From Candidatus Hodarchaeota archaeon (GTDB taxonomy: Archaea > Asgardarchaeota > Heimdallarchaeia > Hodarchaeales > Hodarchaeaceae), in contig JAEOTC010000068.1 in the NCBI GenBank assembly GCA_016840035.1, positions 1 to 64,000 on the forward strand: 64,000 nt of DNA. The letters are read 5' to 3'. Positions within the stretch are counted from its first letter, which is position 1. Each line of letters starts with the position of its first letter. Shown one piece after another: positions 18,978-28,087 of the stretch. A model generated the notes under the pieces. The model was not told the DNA's origin and did not search any database. It saw only the letters and a list, made by a program, of their open reading frames with translations. Both the position numbers and the translations under genes were made by a program.

Positions 18978-19742
18978 TCATCCTTTTGCCCTTTTTAAAG
19001 CAGATACGATGAAATCATCATCCTCTGCGACTCTGTCAGTCGACAAAATGGAAATTTCTCCACTTTGAACCATAAAATCCACTCGTCCTCTAGCAAATTC
19101 GACGGTAAATGAATCCTTCTGCCTTGTGAGATAAATATCACCAAGTTCACTTAAAGCAATAACAAAATTTCCTGCTAAGCTATCAATCGGTAGATCCATC
19201 CTCACTGAGTCATTAAGCACTTTAGATACTGTAGGTTCAAGAGTGGTAGTAATTGTTTCATCTGGAGTTTCCATCTCCTTTACAACCTGAGAAATTTGTG
19301 AATGTTGTTGCTCGTTAGGATCGTGAATAAGAAAAGAGGGAATGTAATCATCTTCCATTTCGGATGGGAGTTTAGGCCGAAGTTCTTGCTTTTTGAGTTC
19401 TCTCTCTCTTGGAGAAACCTCTCCAAGTGTATATTTATGCCCCTCTTGCAGTAAAACTTCCGGAATTACATCAGTTTTATTAATTTCAACTTTAAATCCT
19501 CCTCCTATTCTTAAGCTTGAACTAGGCAAAGAAAAACCGCTTTTTGCAATGGATTGAACTCTTCGTTCAATGATCTTCTTTGTAATTAGGGAAAGCTCAC
19601 TAGGTATGGAAACAGTAATTGTTTCTGTTCCCTCATCGATTTTAAGAACTGCTTCATCATCAGTAGGACGATTTTTTTTGTCTAGAAGAACAAAACCATC
19701 TGTTGTCCAGACACAGGTGACGACTATGTCCTTGGCGGTCAT
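18978..19742 (-). CDS. Hypothetical protein, divergent paralog of the gelsolin-domain protein at 12321-13280
   Basis: Similarity at both termini to the 12321-13280 product (see finding). Confidence 0.55.
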   Translation of the reverse strand: MTAKDIVVTCVWTTDGFVLLDKKNRPTDDEAVLKIDEGTETITVSIPSELSLITKKIIERRVQSIAKSGFSLPSSSLRIGGGFKVEINKTDVIPEVLLQEGHKYTLGEVSPRERELKKQELRPKLPSEMEDDYIPSFLIHDPNEQQHSQISQVVKEMETPDETITTTLEPTVSKVLNDSVRMDLPIDSLAGNFVIALSELGDIYLTRQKDSFTVEFARGRVDFMVQSGEISILSTDRVAEDDDFIVSALKRAKG

Positions 19743-19753
19743 AATACTTCCTC

Positions 19754-20602
19754 CTAATCTTCGTCTTCATCCCTGAGAATTTTTAGAGCTTCACGAAGAG
19801 AAAGTGATAACATATCATCTTCTTCATCGCTCTTTTCCCCACTATCCTCTTTAGCAAGTAACATATCACTTAGTGAGGAGGAAGGTTCGGTAGGAGCTGA
19901 TGTTTCAAGTCCACTGGCTTGTAATGCTTCATCCAATGCAGATAGTTTATCAGGAGTTTCAATTACTGGAACTGATGTAGGAGTTGGTTCAGGTTGAATA
20001 GGTCTTGGTGCTGGGATTGGATCGGGCATGACAGGTTGGGGTGTTGGTATTTCCGGGATGACTGGTTCTGGTTCAGGTTGTGGGATAACAGGAGTTCGTG
20101 GTTCAGGAGTTGGAGTAGAGGTCGGTGTGGATATTGGTTGAGAACCCTCGAGAAAGTCCTCTAAAGGATTAGCTGGTTCGGGTACTGGTTGAACTGGTTG
20201 GACTGGCTGGATAGGCTGAACTGGTGTGTCGCCTACAAAGTCTTCCAACGGATTAGCGACAGTTTGAATACCAATCTTTGCTTCAAGATTCCCTTTTGTC
20301 CCTGTAAGGAATGCAAGATATTTCGGGATATCATTTAATTCGACCCATTTCTTCACAGATAATTTGGCCATATCTCTAACTCCTTCCCAATATTTAGGTG
20401 GTTGTCCCTCTTGATCCACAGGAATAGAAATTCCTAGTCTTTGACCGAGAGCTGAACTAATTTTAGATTCGGCTTTAGTTTGAATCTGTGTTAAAAAATC
20501 ATTCATATTATGTGTTTGTTGCGACGTATGAAGGTGACTTGCAATTTGAAGAACTAGATCTAAGGATTCTATAGCGGCCTCAATATATATTTTGTCGATC
20601 AT
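19754..20602 (-). CDS. Proline-rich protein (helical N-domain, PxQ repeats, acidic C-terminal helix)
   Basis: 282-aa ORF; ANPLEDF x2, PVQPIQPVQPVQP, C-terminal SLREALKILRDEDED. Confidence 0.75.
   Translation of the reverse strand: MIDKIYIEAAIESLDLVLQIASHLHTSQQTHNMNDFLTQIQTKAESKISSALGQRLGISIPVDQEGQPPKYWEGVRDMAKLSVKKWVELNDIPKYLAFLTGTKGNLEAKIGIQTVANPLEDFVGDTPVQPIQPVQPVQPVPEPANPLEDFLEGSQPISTPTSTPTPEPRTPVIPQPEPEPVIPEIPTPQPVMPDPIPAPRPIQPEPTPTSVPVIETPDKLSALDEALQASGLETSAPTEPSSSLSDMLLAKEDSGEKSDEEDDMLSLSLREALKILRDEDED
20184..20224. repeat. Degenerate 9-bp tandem repeat (coding PVQ/PIQ)
   Basis: actggttga actggttgg actggctgg ataggctga actgg. Confidence 0.7.
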
Positions 20603-20816
20603 TTTAATTCATTTTCCTTATGTAATTTGCAATTTTGGTAATTCTTTTGCTAATCCATACATAATTATTTCAAATCATTTAATATATGAAATTCCCATTT
20701 AAAAAACTAATTTTTCCCGTTGTAAATTTAAAATCGTAAATTTCCCTATATTTTACAAAAGCTTTTGTTACAGTAATCTCTTTCAGCTTTTTATGTAATA
20801 ACCATCGAAATATATT

Positions 20817-21524
20817 CTAATGGTCATCTACATATTCCTTAGCTTCTGTAAAATCCCGTGCATCGATTCTATCAGGGAGATCATTACCCCAAGAGCACCG
20901 AAGGTCAATTTGGATATCAGTTTGCACACCATAGATAGGGATTGTGCCGAGATTTCTCATGCGTGAGATTAAAGCAATTGTTACAACATCTCCGACTTCA
21001 ACATTATATTCTTCTGCCACTTCCATGGTGTAGTCAAATGCAGCTTCAAGGTTTTCCCCAGTTGAGATGATATCTTCTACAAATAGAATTGAAACATTCT
21101 CATCCATGTAATCAGCAAATTTCTCCTCAAATGCGGGATCACGATACTCCTCAAATATACTTTCATCTTCAAAATCTCGGGCTTCAGTCTGGGGTTTGAA
21201 GTATGTCCAAACAAAATCATCAATTTTGTTTTCTATTAAATCTATTAACTGATATCCCCCTCGTGAAACGAAGATGACTAACCATCTTTTCTTCTCAAAT
21301 TTAGGATATAGGAGTTTCCAATCTTGTTCAGCCCAATTCGCTAAGTCAGTAAATGGTAAGATCTGAGCACCTTCATCTGGAGGATAAGGACCTGAATCGT
21401 AGATGTACAGTATCAGAGCTTTTTCCAACCCCTCCAAAATTTCTTTGTAAGCCTTTTTTGCTGCAGGGTCTTTCTTAAGAATATCTGGGATTTCAACTTC
21501 CTTTTTACTGAGGAAAAAAACCAA
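20817..21524 (-). CDS. Type I phosphoribosyltransferase-family protein (acidic)
   Basis: VIFVSRGG and PRPP-binding loop ILFVEDIISTGENL. Confidence 0.75.
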   Translation of the reverse strand: MVFFLSKKEVEIPDILKKDPAAKKAYKEILEGLEKALILYIYDSGPYPPDEGAQILPFTDLANWAEQDWKLLYPKFEKKRWLVIFVSRGGYQLIDLIENKIDDFVWTYFKPQTEARDFEDESIFEEYRDPAFEEKFADYMDENVSILFVEDIISTGENLEAAFDYTMEVAEEYNVEVGDVVTIALISRMRNLGTIPIYGVQTDIQIDLRCSWGNDLPDRIDARDFTEAKEYVDDH

Positions 21525-22091
21525 ACCTAAGCCTCCGAATTTTCGCTTTCTCTCTTCGATTAGTGTTTTGATTGAGGAATCGTTTATATTTAATGTCCGA
21601 ATTTCATTAGAAACGTTGTTTCAATCAAGTAACGAAAGATTAGTCTAATTCTTTTAAAGCTGTGCAAATCACAAATGATAATTTTCTCTTTATTGAAAAG
21701 GAATAAAAACTGGGGAGGATGGCGTCTAATTCTGATTAAAAACCTGAATAGCTAAAAAACCGTCTTCTCATGATTGTAGAAAAAAATTGTTGATCTAAAA
21801 TTGGACTCGTAAACCGACTTCGTTCCCCACTTCTAGAATATTCTCCATACATATTTTTAGAACAGAAAATTTCTTTAATGAGAAATCTAGTGGATTAGTA
21901 AGTAGAAAGTCTAATTTTAAATATATTAATAGAAATGGTATTGAAAAGAAACACATACAAAATTCAGAAGCATTAATAATATGGTTTTTCTATATTTTAG
22001 CTAGCATCAAATTTAGTGACTTTTTACGAAAATTAATTCAATGATAATACAATCTACAAATTTACAAACCCAGAGTGGAGTACAAAAAAAA

Positions 22092-23444
22092 ATGTCTTTT
22101 GTAAATGAACTTTTTGAACGTCTAAGTAAATCTAATAGTGCTAACGAAGTCCAAACAGCGCTAGCATCACTTACAAATATTCAAGATCCAATTCAAAGAA
22201 CCAAAGCAGCACGGGAAACACTTCAACTTATCCAATCTTATGGAAAGGAGTTGGATGAAAAGGGGCAGTTCAAAAATGCAGCATATCAGTATTACTCGGG
22301 CTCTCAAGTTGTTAAGAACTTCTTAAATGATCCTAGTCTCGAGTATCAATGGTTAGTCGCATCTGCAAAAGCGTTAGCCAATGCCTCTCAGGAACATATC
22401 ACATGGGATGATCTGATTGGTGGTGCGGCATGTATGACCATTTCATCATTATTGCGGATAATAACAGGAGATTGGGATGTAAATAGTCATCTTGATGAGT
22501 TCATCAAAGCCAATGATTTTTCGGTTAATCAGGCGGCAACGGCGTGTCTTTATATACCCTACAACTTAGTTACTGCCATAAATAAGACAAATCCCAATCC
22601 ACAATTGTTACAGCAAGCATCAGATTTTACTGAACAGTACTTAATGACTTCAAAACCCGCAGCTATGTTTTCAGAGGGAATAAAGCGAGCACTTGAATTA
22701 ACACGTCAGATGTTAATGGAAAATACAAAATTTCCCTCAGTTAAAGCAATGTTTGAGTATCACACAGACATTATCTTTGCAGAGAATTTCCCATTCTCTA
22801 TAAAGCTCGAAAATATTGGTGAAGGAGTTGCTTTCAATATTTCTACTTCTATTAATATTCCATCAAACCTTACTATCGTATCGGGTCAAAACAGAATTTA
22901 TAAAGAACAGCTTCAACCAGGGGAGCTTTCAGAGGAGCAGTTTACACTTGTATGTCCATCAGGAGAAGGAAATGAAGAAATTTCAATTGAAATTCCTGTA
23001 TTTGCAGAATTTGCTGATATTCTTGGAAATAAGAATTCTCTTTCCCTTGGGACGGCAATCTTTCCAATTAGAGCAATAAAAAAAGGTGATAAATTAACCG
23101 AGAAGCTGAATCAGATCCAGACCAATCTTCAAAAATATGTCACCCCATTCGAATCTTCGGAACATCTTGAGGTGAAACCAATAATAGATAGCATGAAGTC
23201 GATCATTGAAAATCTTATTACATCAACAGAAAACAGAATTACCAATGGAGATTTTAAAAGCGCGGAAGCAGAATTGGGACAGTTAAATCAAATTCAAGTA
23301 TTCTTTGACCCTCTTACTAGCTTTCTAGCTGACTATCAGAATCATAGTCTTGATACAGTGAATAATCTAAAGAAGATTCACGAACAGAGTAAGGATTTGG
23401 TGAATTCAATAAAACAAATTGAGAATCGCCTTCAAACTGGTTAA
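22092..23444 (+). CDS. Hypothetical protein: TPR-like solenoid + Ig/CARDB-like domain + helical C-terminus
   Basis: GKELDEKGQFKNAAYQY TPR-like; IKLENIGEG.A.N...LQPGE Ig-like; ATG 22092 preferred. Confidence 0.65.
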   Translation: MSFVNELFERLSKSNSANEVQTALASLTNIQDPIQRTKAARETLQLIQSYGKELDEKGQFKNAAYQYYSGSQVVKNFLNDPSLEYQWLVASAKALANASQEHITWDDLIGGAACMTISSLLRIITGDWDVNSHLDEFIKANDFSVNQAATACLYIPYNLVTAINKTNPNPQLLQQASDFTEQYLMTSKPAAMFSEGIKRALELTRQMLMENTKFPSVKAMFEYHTDIIFAENFPFSIKLENIGEGVAFNISTSINIPSNLTIVSGQNRIYKEQLQPGELSEEQFTLVCPSGEGNEEISIEIPVFAEFADILGNKNSLSLGTAIFPIRAIKKGDKLTEKLNQIQTNLQKYVTPFESSEHLEVKPIIDSMKSIIENLITSTENRITNGDFKSAEAELGQLNQIQVFFDPLTSFLADYQNHSLDTVNNLKKIHEQSKDLVNSIKQIENRLQTG

Positions 23445-23448
23445 AAAT

Positions 23449-24714
23449 TTAATATAGAAATCCTCTAACGAAACTCAGGAGTAAATGAGGAGAGATTTTT
23501 AATCCATTACCTAGTATTTTGGGATTTAGGCTGTAACGTATTAAACCCTCACCATGCAGGTCAATACTCGTTGTTTCCAAATATGTACCAATTTGAGTAT
23601 CTTTAGCAATTTGGATAACATCATTCCAGATATTATCGGGCAAATAAGACATCGATCTTCGAAGATACTTCATAATGCTTAGATCTGGTTCAAAATATGA
23701 CCGCCATTGATTTTGATATTCTCTACAACCCTGGAAGGCTGTTAAATCTCCTGAAAGTATCTTGCTAGCATACTTTCCAGCCAATCTTCCACAAAATCCT
23801 CCGATGTTCACTCCCCCTCCCGTTGTTGCTTTAGTTTGCCCTGCTGCATCTCCAACAACCATGAATTGGTGTGAATAAGTTTTTTTTATCGGTCCAGACG
23901 CAGGTACAAACCCACCATAGGAATTAACTAACTTTGCTTTCTTAGTTCGAATTTTCATTAATGCATGCTTTTGTAAAAATTTTTTTAAATAAGAACGAGT
24001 CTTTCCTGAGTGTATTGGACTAATAGCAACTCCAATTCGGGCCGATTCTTCATTTAACGGAATAAACCAACCAAAAAATCCTGGGGCAATATCAGTTCCA
24101 AAGTATAATTCTGAACAATCCGATTCAAAATCAACAACATTAGATAAATCAAACTGAATAGCAGGAAAAAGCCATTTGTTGTTTGTTCCTTGTAGCCCAA
24201 TAGATCTTACTAATCGAGCTCTAGAGCCCTCAGCAGATATAAGAATGTCACATGAAAATGTCTTCAGTTTTTTTCCGTGCTTAATCAACAATTTCCATTT
24301 GTTTTGATGAAAAGATATTTGTTTTACCGAATGGCCCATGAAATATGTTGATCCTAGGTTTTCAGAGCACGTTGCTAAATATTTGTCGAAATTAGGACGA
24401 TTTAGAACAACAAGTGAATCACGTTTTCGGTTAATTTGGAAATAGGTGTTATTTGGGGCATAGAAACGCGCCTTTTTAACCTCGTTTTCCACAAGATTCT
24501 TTCGAATAAAACTTTGTTTTAATCCTAAATCAAGTAATCCATCTAATGCGATCAATCCAGAGCAGTGAGATGGCTTTCCAATTTGATTGTGTTCTTCAAA
24601 AATAGCTATTGATGATTCTGAAGTTTCACTTGTTGCTTGTTGACCAGCTAAAGATCCTGAAGGCCCTGCTCCAATTATGGCAATCTCAAAGTTCGTCTGT
24701 TCCCTTATAACCAT
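23449..24714 (-). CDS. Geranylgeranyl reductase family flavoprotein (digeranylgeranylglycerophospholipid reductase-like)
   Basis: IIGAGPSG, HCSGL, R..FD, PGFFGWFIP, VGDAAGQ.KATTGGG. Confidence 0.88.
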   Translation of the reverse strand: MVIREQTNFEIAIIGAGPSGSLAGQQATSETSESSIAIFEEHNQIGKPSHCSGLIALDGLLDLGLKQSFIRKNLVENEVKKARFYAPNNTYFQINRKRDSLVVLNRPNFDKYLATCSENLGSTYFMGHSVKQISFHQNKWKLLIKHGKKLKTFSCDILISAEGSRARLVRSIGLQGTNNKWLFPAIQFDLSNVVDFESDCSELYFGTDIAPGFFGWFIPLNEESARIGVAISPIHSGKTRSYLKKFLQKHALMKIRTKKAKLVNSYGGFVPASGPIKKTYSHQFMVVGDAAGQTKATTGGGVNIGGFCGRLAGKYASKILSGDLTAFQGCREYQNQWRSYFEPDLSIMKYLRRSMSYLPDNIWNDVIQIAKDTQIGTYLETTSIDLHGEGLIRYSLNPKILGNGLKISPHLLLSFVRGFLY

Positions 24715-24787
24715 TTGAGGACAACCATAGAAAACAAAAAGAAAGGAGATAGGAGATAATCAGTTTGGGTTATTATCTCCTAATACT

Positions 24788-27700
24788 CTAAAAAAGGTTT
24801 TTGATCCTTCTTTCAATTACAAAAGGAGTTAGACGGACTCTATCTGAAGTGTAGTTAATAGATTTTCCTGATAATTCTCCAATTGAGAATAGTGGATCCA
24901 TAATCATGGCTCCCGCTCCACCAGCAAGTGTAGTGTATGCAAAGTTCACTATTCTGCTATTGTAGATTGAATCGCCATAATAGAAGATACCTCTTGTCCT
25001 ATCTTGATTCCATCGTGAATCATAATCACGCTCTGTGTAATACCAAACTGTCCAAGTGCCAGCAACGAGTTCTTCTGCCCCTAATTGTTCCGTCACGAAT
25101 TCAACAGGCCCATAAGTATTACCTCCAATTTGCATATAGACATGAATGACTACTGAATCTGTAGGATCAAGATTATAGTTGGAGGCCAGAACCCAAGTTC
25201 CAGATTGTAAACCACTGCCATCTGCAGTTCTAAATACCTGTGCAGCATTACCGACACTGATCTGAGTCATGGTTGTATCTGCTTCTCTTACCCAGACTTG
25301 AATGTACCAATACACAGTTTGTGAACCAGACCAGCGATCCCCTCTCTCATTAAGAGTCTGGAAACCAGTTGATTGAGTAGCTCCCAGCTGTTGATCAGAT
25401 CGCATAAATCTATCTTCAGTTACTGTTTGAAACGTTGTAATTGGGGTACTAAACTCTACTATCGGGTTATCAGTATCATCAGAGTATCCTGATGAAGTAC
25501 CTGCTGCAAAAGTATATCCAAGGTTCACCGTAACATTCATATCATTAAGATTGAAATATCCTCCACTACTATTGGCATATGTTAACGTTAGAGTAGTTGT
25601 TTTACCAATATCAATACCAATGGTATTATCTAGGGCAGCTTGATAGCCACTGACTCCTTCAGAAGGACTTGATGTATTTATCCATCGTGGATCAATTCCT
25701 GTAATATCTGTACCATTAGCATCTATTTGGATTAATCTTGGACTTCCTATATATACACCTTTAGTATTGTCAGAGAGACTGGTAGTTATGTTAGTAATAA
25801 TAGCATTAGCCTCTGTATCCCCAGTGAACAGACTATGTATGTCAAATGACAGAATATGCGAAGAGCTTCCCCAAACACTCACTGAATCAGAAACATATTG
25901 GAAAGAAGGTTCATTTGCAGCTGAAACATCAACATTTCTGACAATTGTATTAATCTGTCCAGCATCATCAATAGCTTCAACACGAATTGACACAGTTGTT
26001 AGTTGTGAAAAGTTGCCTCCACTGATAATTTCTTCCCAAACACCCGTTTCACCTATTGATGAATCACCAACTGTATGAGTCATATCATAAGGAGAACTCC
26101 AACTTGCAACACCAATTTTATAACTTAATCTAACTGTACCTGTTTCAGAAATGAATCTCTCTGTACTGAATGACGGATCATTATCATCAACAACCACTCG
26201 TACGGACACATCTTGACCGGGACCAGTGGGGGAAGATATTGTAGGATTAAAACTCACACTCGGTGCATATCGATCAAGAATAGTTATATGATAAGGAGAG
26301 CTTGCTGACCCATCATTTGTGTTGCCAGAGGGATCTGTTGCATTAATATAATAATCTATACCATCTATTGTGACATTTGTAACTGGAATCGAAAATGTCC
26401 ATGTATCTTCCGATTGCGAGACAAAATTTTCAACCTGCCATTGGTCAGGGATAAGTAATCCAGTATCATTTCCTTCTCGCCAAACAAGATTTACTTGATC
26501 AACTGTATCCTCATCTTCCACTGTGACTGATAGAGAAATAACTGGGGGTTGATCGGAATTGTATTGTAATTCAGTTACTGGAGTATGCGCAGTAATATCA
26601 GGCATTGTAGTATCTAAGACACCTGCATCATTCGTACCAGAAATTGCCAGGTTATCGTCATCATCAATTGCTGCAAGATAGTAAGTGAGATTATTTTCAA
26701 GTGCATCAGAATTTACAAATCCAGCTGGTATGTTACCGTGCCATACGTCTCCTGCAGATTCCGCCATTGCAATTGAAGAATATTCTAAGCTTGAATCATT
26801 TAATTTGTAATAGATGAAAGCGGCTGAGACACTGGATACATCAGATCCCGAATCTGTAATCGTAGCTGATACTTGGAACGATTGACCCACTTCTGCAAGA
26901 TCATCTCCGTTTTTAGTACTTGATCCAGCAACATCACTAATAATTGGCTCGACATAATCATTATCGATAATGAAGTTAAGATTGGTAGAATGAGTGGCAG
27001 ATAAACCAGCATAGTCATAAACGGTCATACGTACTGAATACTGACCATTATCTCGTCCCTCCGCAGTATCATTAACTGTATTCCATTGCCATCTCCAAGC
27101 CGGACTCGATATTGTCTTTGTAAGGTTAAGAGTGCCAAATTCATCAAAAATTTCATATGTAACATTCTTTATTTCAGAATAATCAAATACTGATTGTGGA
27201 CCGAGTTGGAAGGTCCGTCGAATCTTTCCATTCGTTCCTATTGTGGAAGGGGGAGTAATTTCGGGCCGATCTTTAGGTATATCCATTTCTTCTTCGTTGA
27301 CAACCGTTTCACGTGTGGTGTCAAGAATAGTCCCATCATCGGCTGTTACCGTCATTCTGTAAAAAATTCTATCATCATAATTCTCTACTGGTATTTGAAA
27401 TCTGATGGTGAATTCTTCATCAAATGTCATTGGGTCCATAACATAAGGATTACTTATGGAAACATCTTGAAGACTTACTGCATCTGTAATCTGAGTCCAA
27501 GGGCCTGCAGATGTAGCTCCATAGTAAATTGCTAATTCTGTTAATTCAATTTCTCCAGTTCCTCCGTTTTTTAGGAAAACTGATCCTTTTCCATATCCTA
27601 CTCCTTCATCCAAGGTTTTTGTGTATGAATCATCATAGACGACAAAAGCATCAATTAATTCTAAATCACTCTTCGCTTCCATTAAGGGTAGTACAACAAT

Positions 27701-27805
27701 AAAAATTGCCGCCACAGCAGCAACTGCAAGGCCAATTAATAGAATAACAGCTATAACTGGTGAGATAGCTCGTTTCTTTCGATTATAATAACCATCAATT
27801 ATCAA
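24788..27805 (-). CDS. Giant pilin-like surface protein (class III signal peptide + Ig-like repeats)
   Basis: RKKRA|ISPVIAVILLIGLAVAAV; repeated D..P.I / YY..A.D beta-sandwich units; 1005 aa. Confidence 0.82.
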   Translation of the reverse strand: MIIDGYYNRKKRAISPVIAVILLIGLAVAAVAAIFIVVLPLMEAKSDLELIDAFVVYDDSYTKTLDEGVGYGKGSVFLKNGGTGEIELTELAIYYGATSAGPWTQITDAVSLQDVSISNPYVMDPMTFDEEFTIRFQIPVENYDDRIFYRMTVTADDGTILDTTRETVVNEEEMDIPKDRPEITPPSTIGTNGKIRRTFQLGPQSVFDYSEIKNVTYEIFDEFGTLNLTKTISSPAWRWQWNTVNDTAEGRDNGQYSVRMTVYDYAGLSATHSTNLNFIIDNDYVEPIISDVAGSSTKNGDDLAEVGQSFQVSATITDSGSDVSSVSAAFIYYKLNDSSLEYSSIAMAESAGDVWHGNIPAGFVNSDALENNLTYYLAAIDDDDNLAISGTNDAGVLDTTMPDITAHTPVTELQYNSDQPPVISLSVTVEDEDTVDQVNLVWREGNDTGLLIPDQWQVENFVSQSEDTWTFSIPVTNVTIDGIDYYINATDPSGNTNDGSASSPYHITILDRYAPSVSFNPTISSPTGPGQDVSVRVVVDDNDPSFSTERFISETGTVRLSYKIGVASWSSPYDMTHTVGDSSIGETGVWEEIISGGNFSQLTTVSIRVEAIDDAGQINTIVRNVDVSAANEPSFQYVSDSVSVWGSSSHILSFDIHSLFTGDTEANAIITNITTSLSDNTKGVYIGSPRLIQIDANGTDITGIDPRWINTSSPSEGVSGYQAALDNTIGIDIGKTTTLTLTYANSSGGYFNLNDMNVTVNLGYTFAAGTSSGYSDDTDNPIVEFSTPITTFQTVTEDRFMRSDQQLGATQSTGFQTLNERGDRWSGSQTVYWYIQVWVREADTTMTQISVGNAAQVFRTADGSGLQSGTWVLASNYNLDPTDSVVIHVYMQIGGNTYGPVEFVTEQLGAEELVAGTWTVWYYTERDYDSRWNQDRTRGIFYYGDSIYNSRIVNFAYTTLAGGAGAMIMDPLFSIGELSGKSINYTSDRVRLTPFVIERRIKNLF

Positions 27806-28087
27806 TAATGAGTCTCTCCATTAGATTAATCATAAAGTGCAAAACTATAATTTCTGCTTATTTCTTATAAGTTTCCATAAGAATAAATTTGAATTAAATA
27901 ATTGATAGTTAAACGCTATAAAAGAATTTTGAAACCCATTTTTGCTGGGAGACCTCTCACGGATTAGATTTTAGTTCTAGGGCTTTTTCAATTCAAAAAG
28001 TATCACAAGTGGTGAAAAGAAAAAGCAATTTGAAATAGTTATTCCAATCTTCCTTCCCTCGTTGGTATATTTAATTAACTTCTGAGA

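Noticed and set aside
21711-21830. Possible stem GGGAGGATGG/CCGTCTTCTC resembling the start of a fluoride riboswitch
   Set aside because: Lacks the downstream conserved GATGAC pseudoknot segment; a single G-U-rich stem is insufficient evidence
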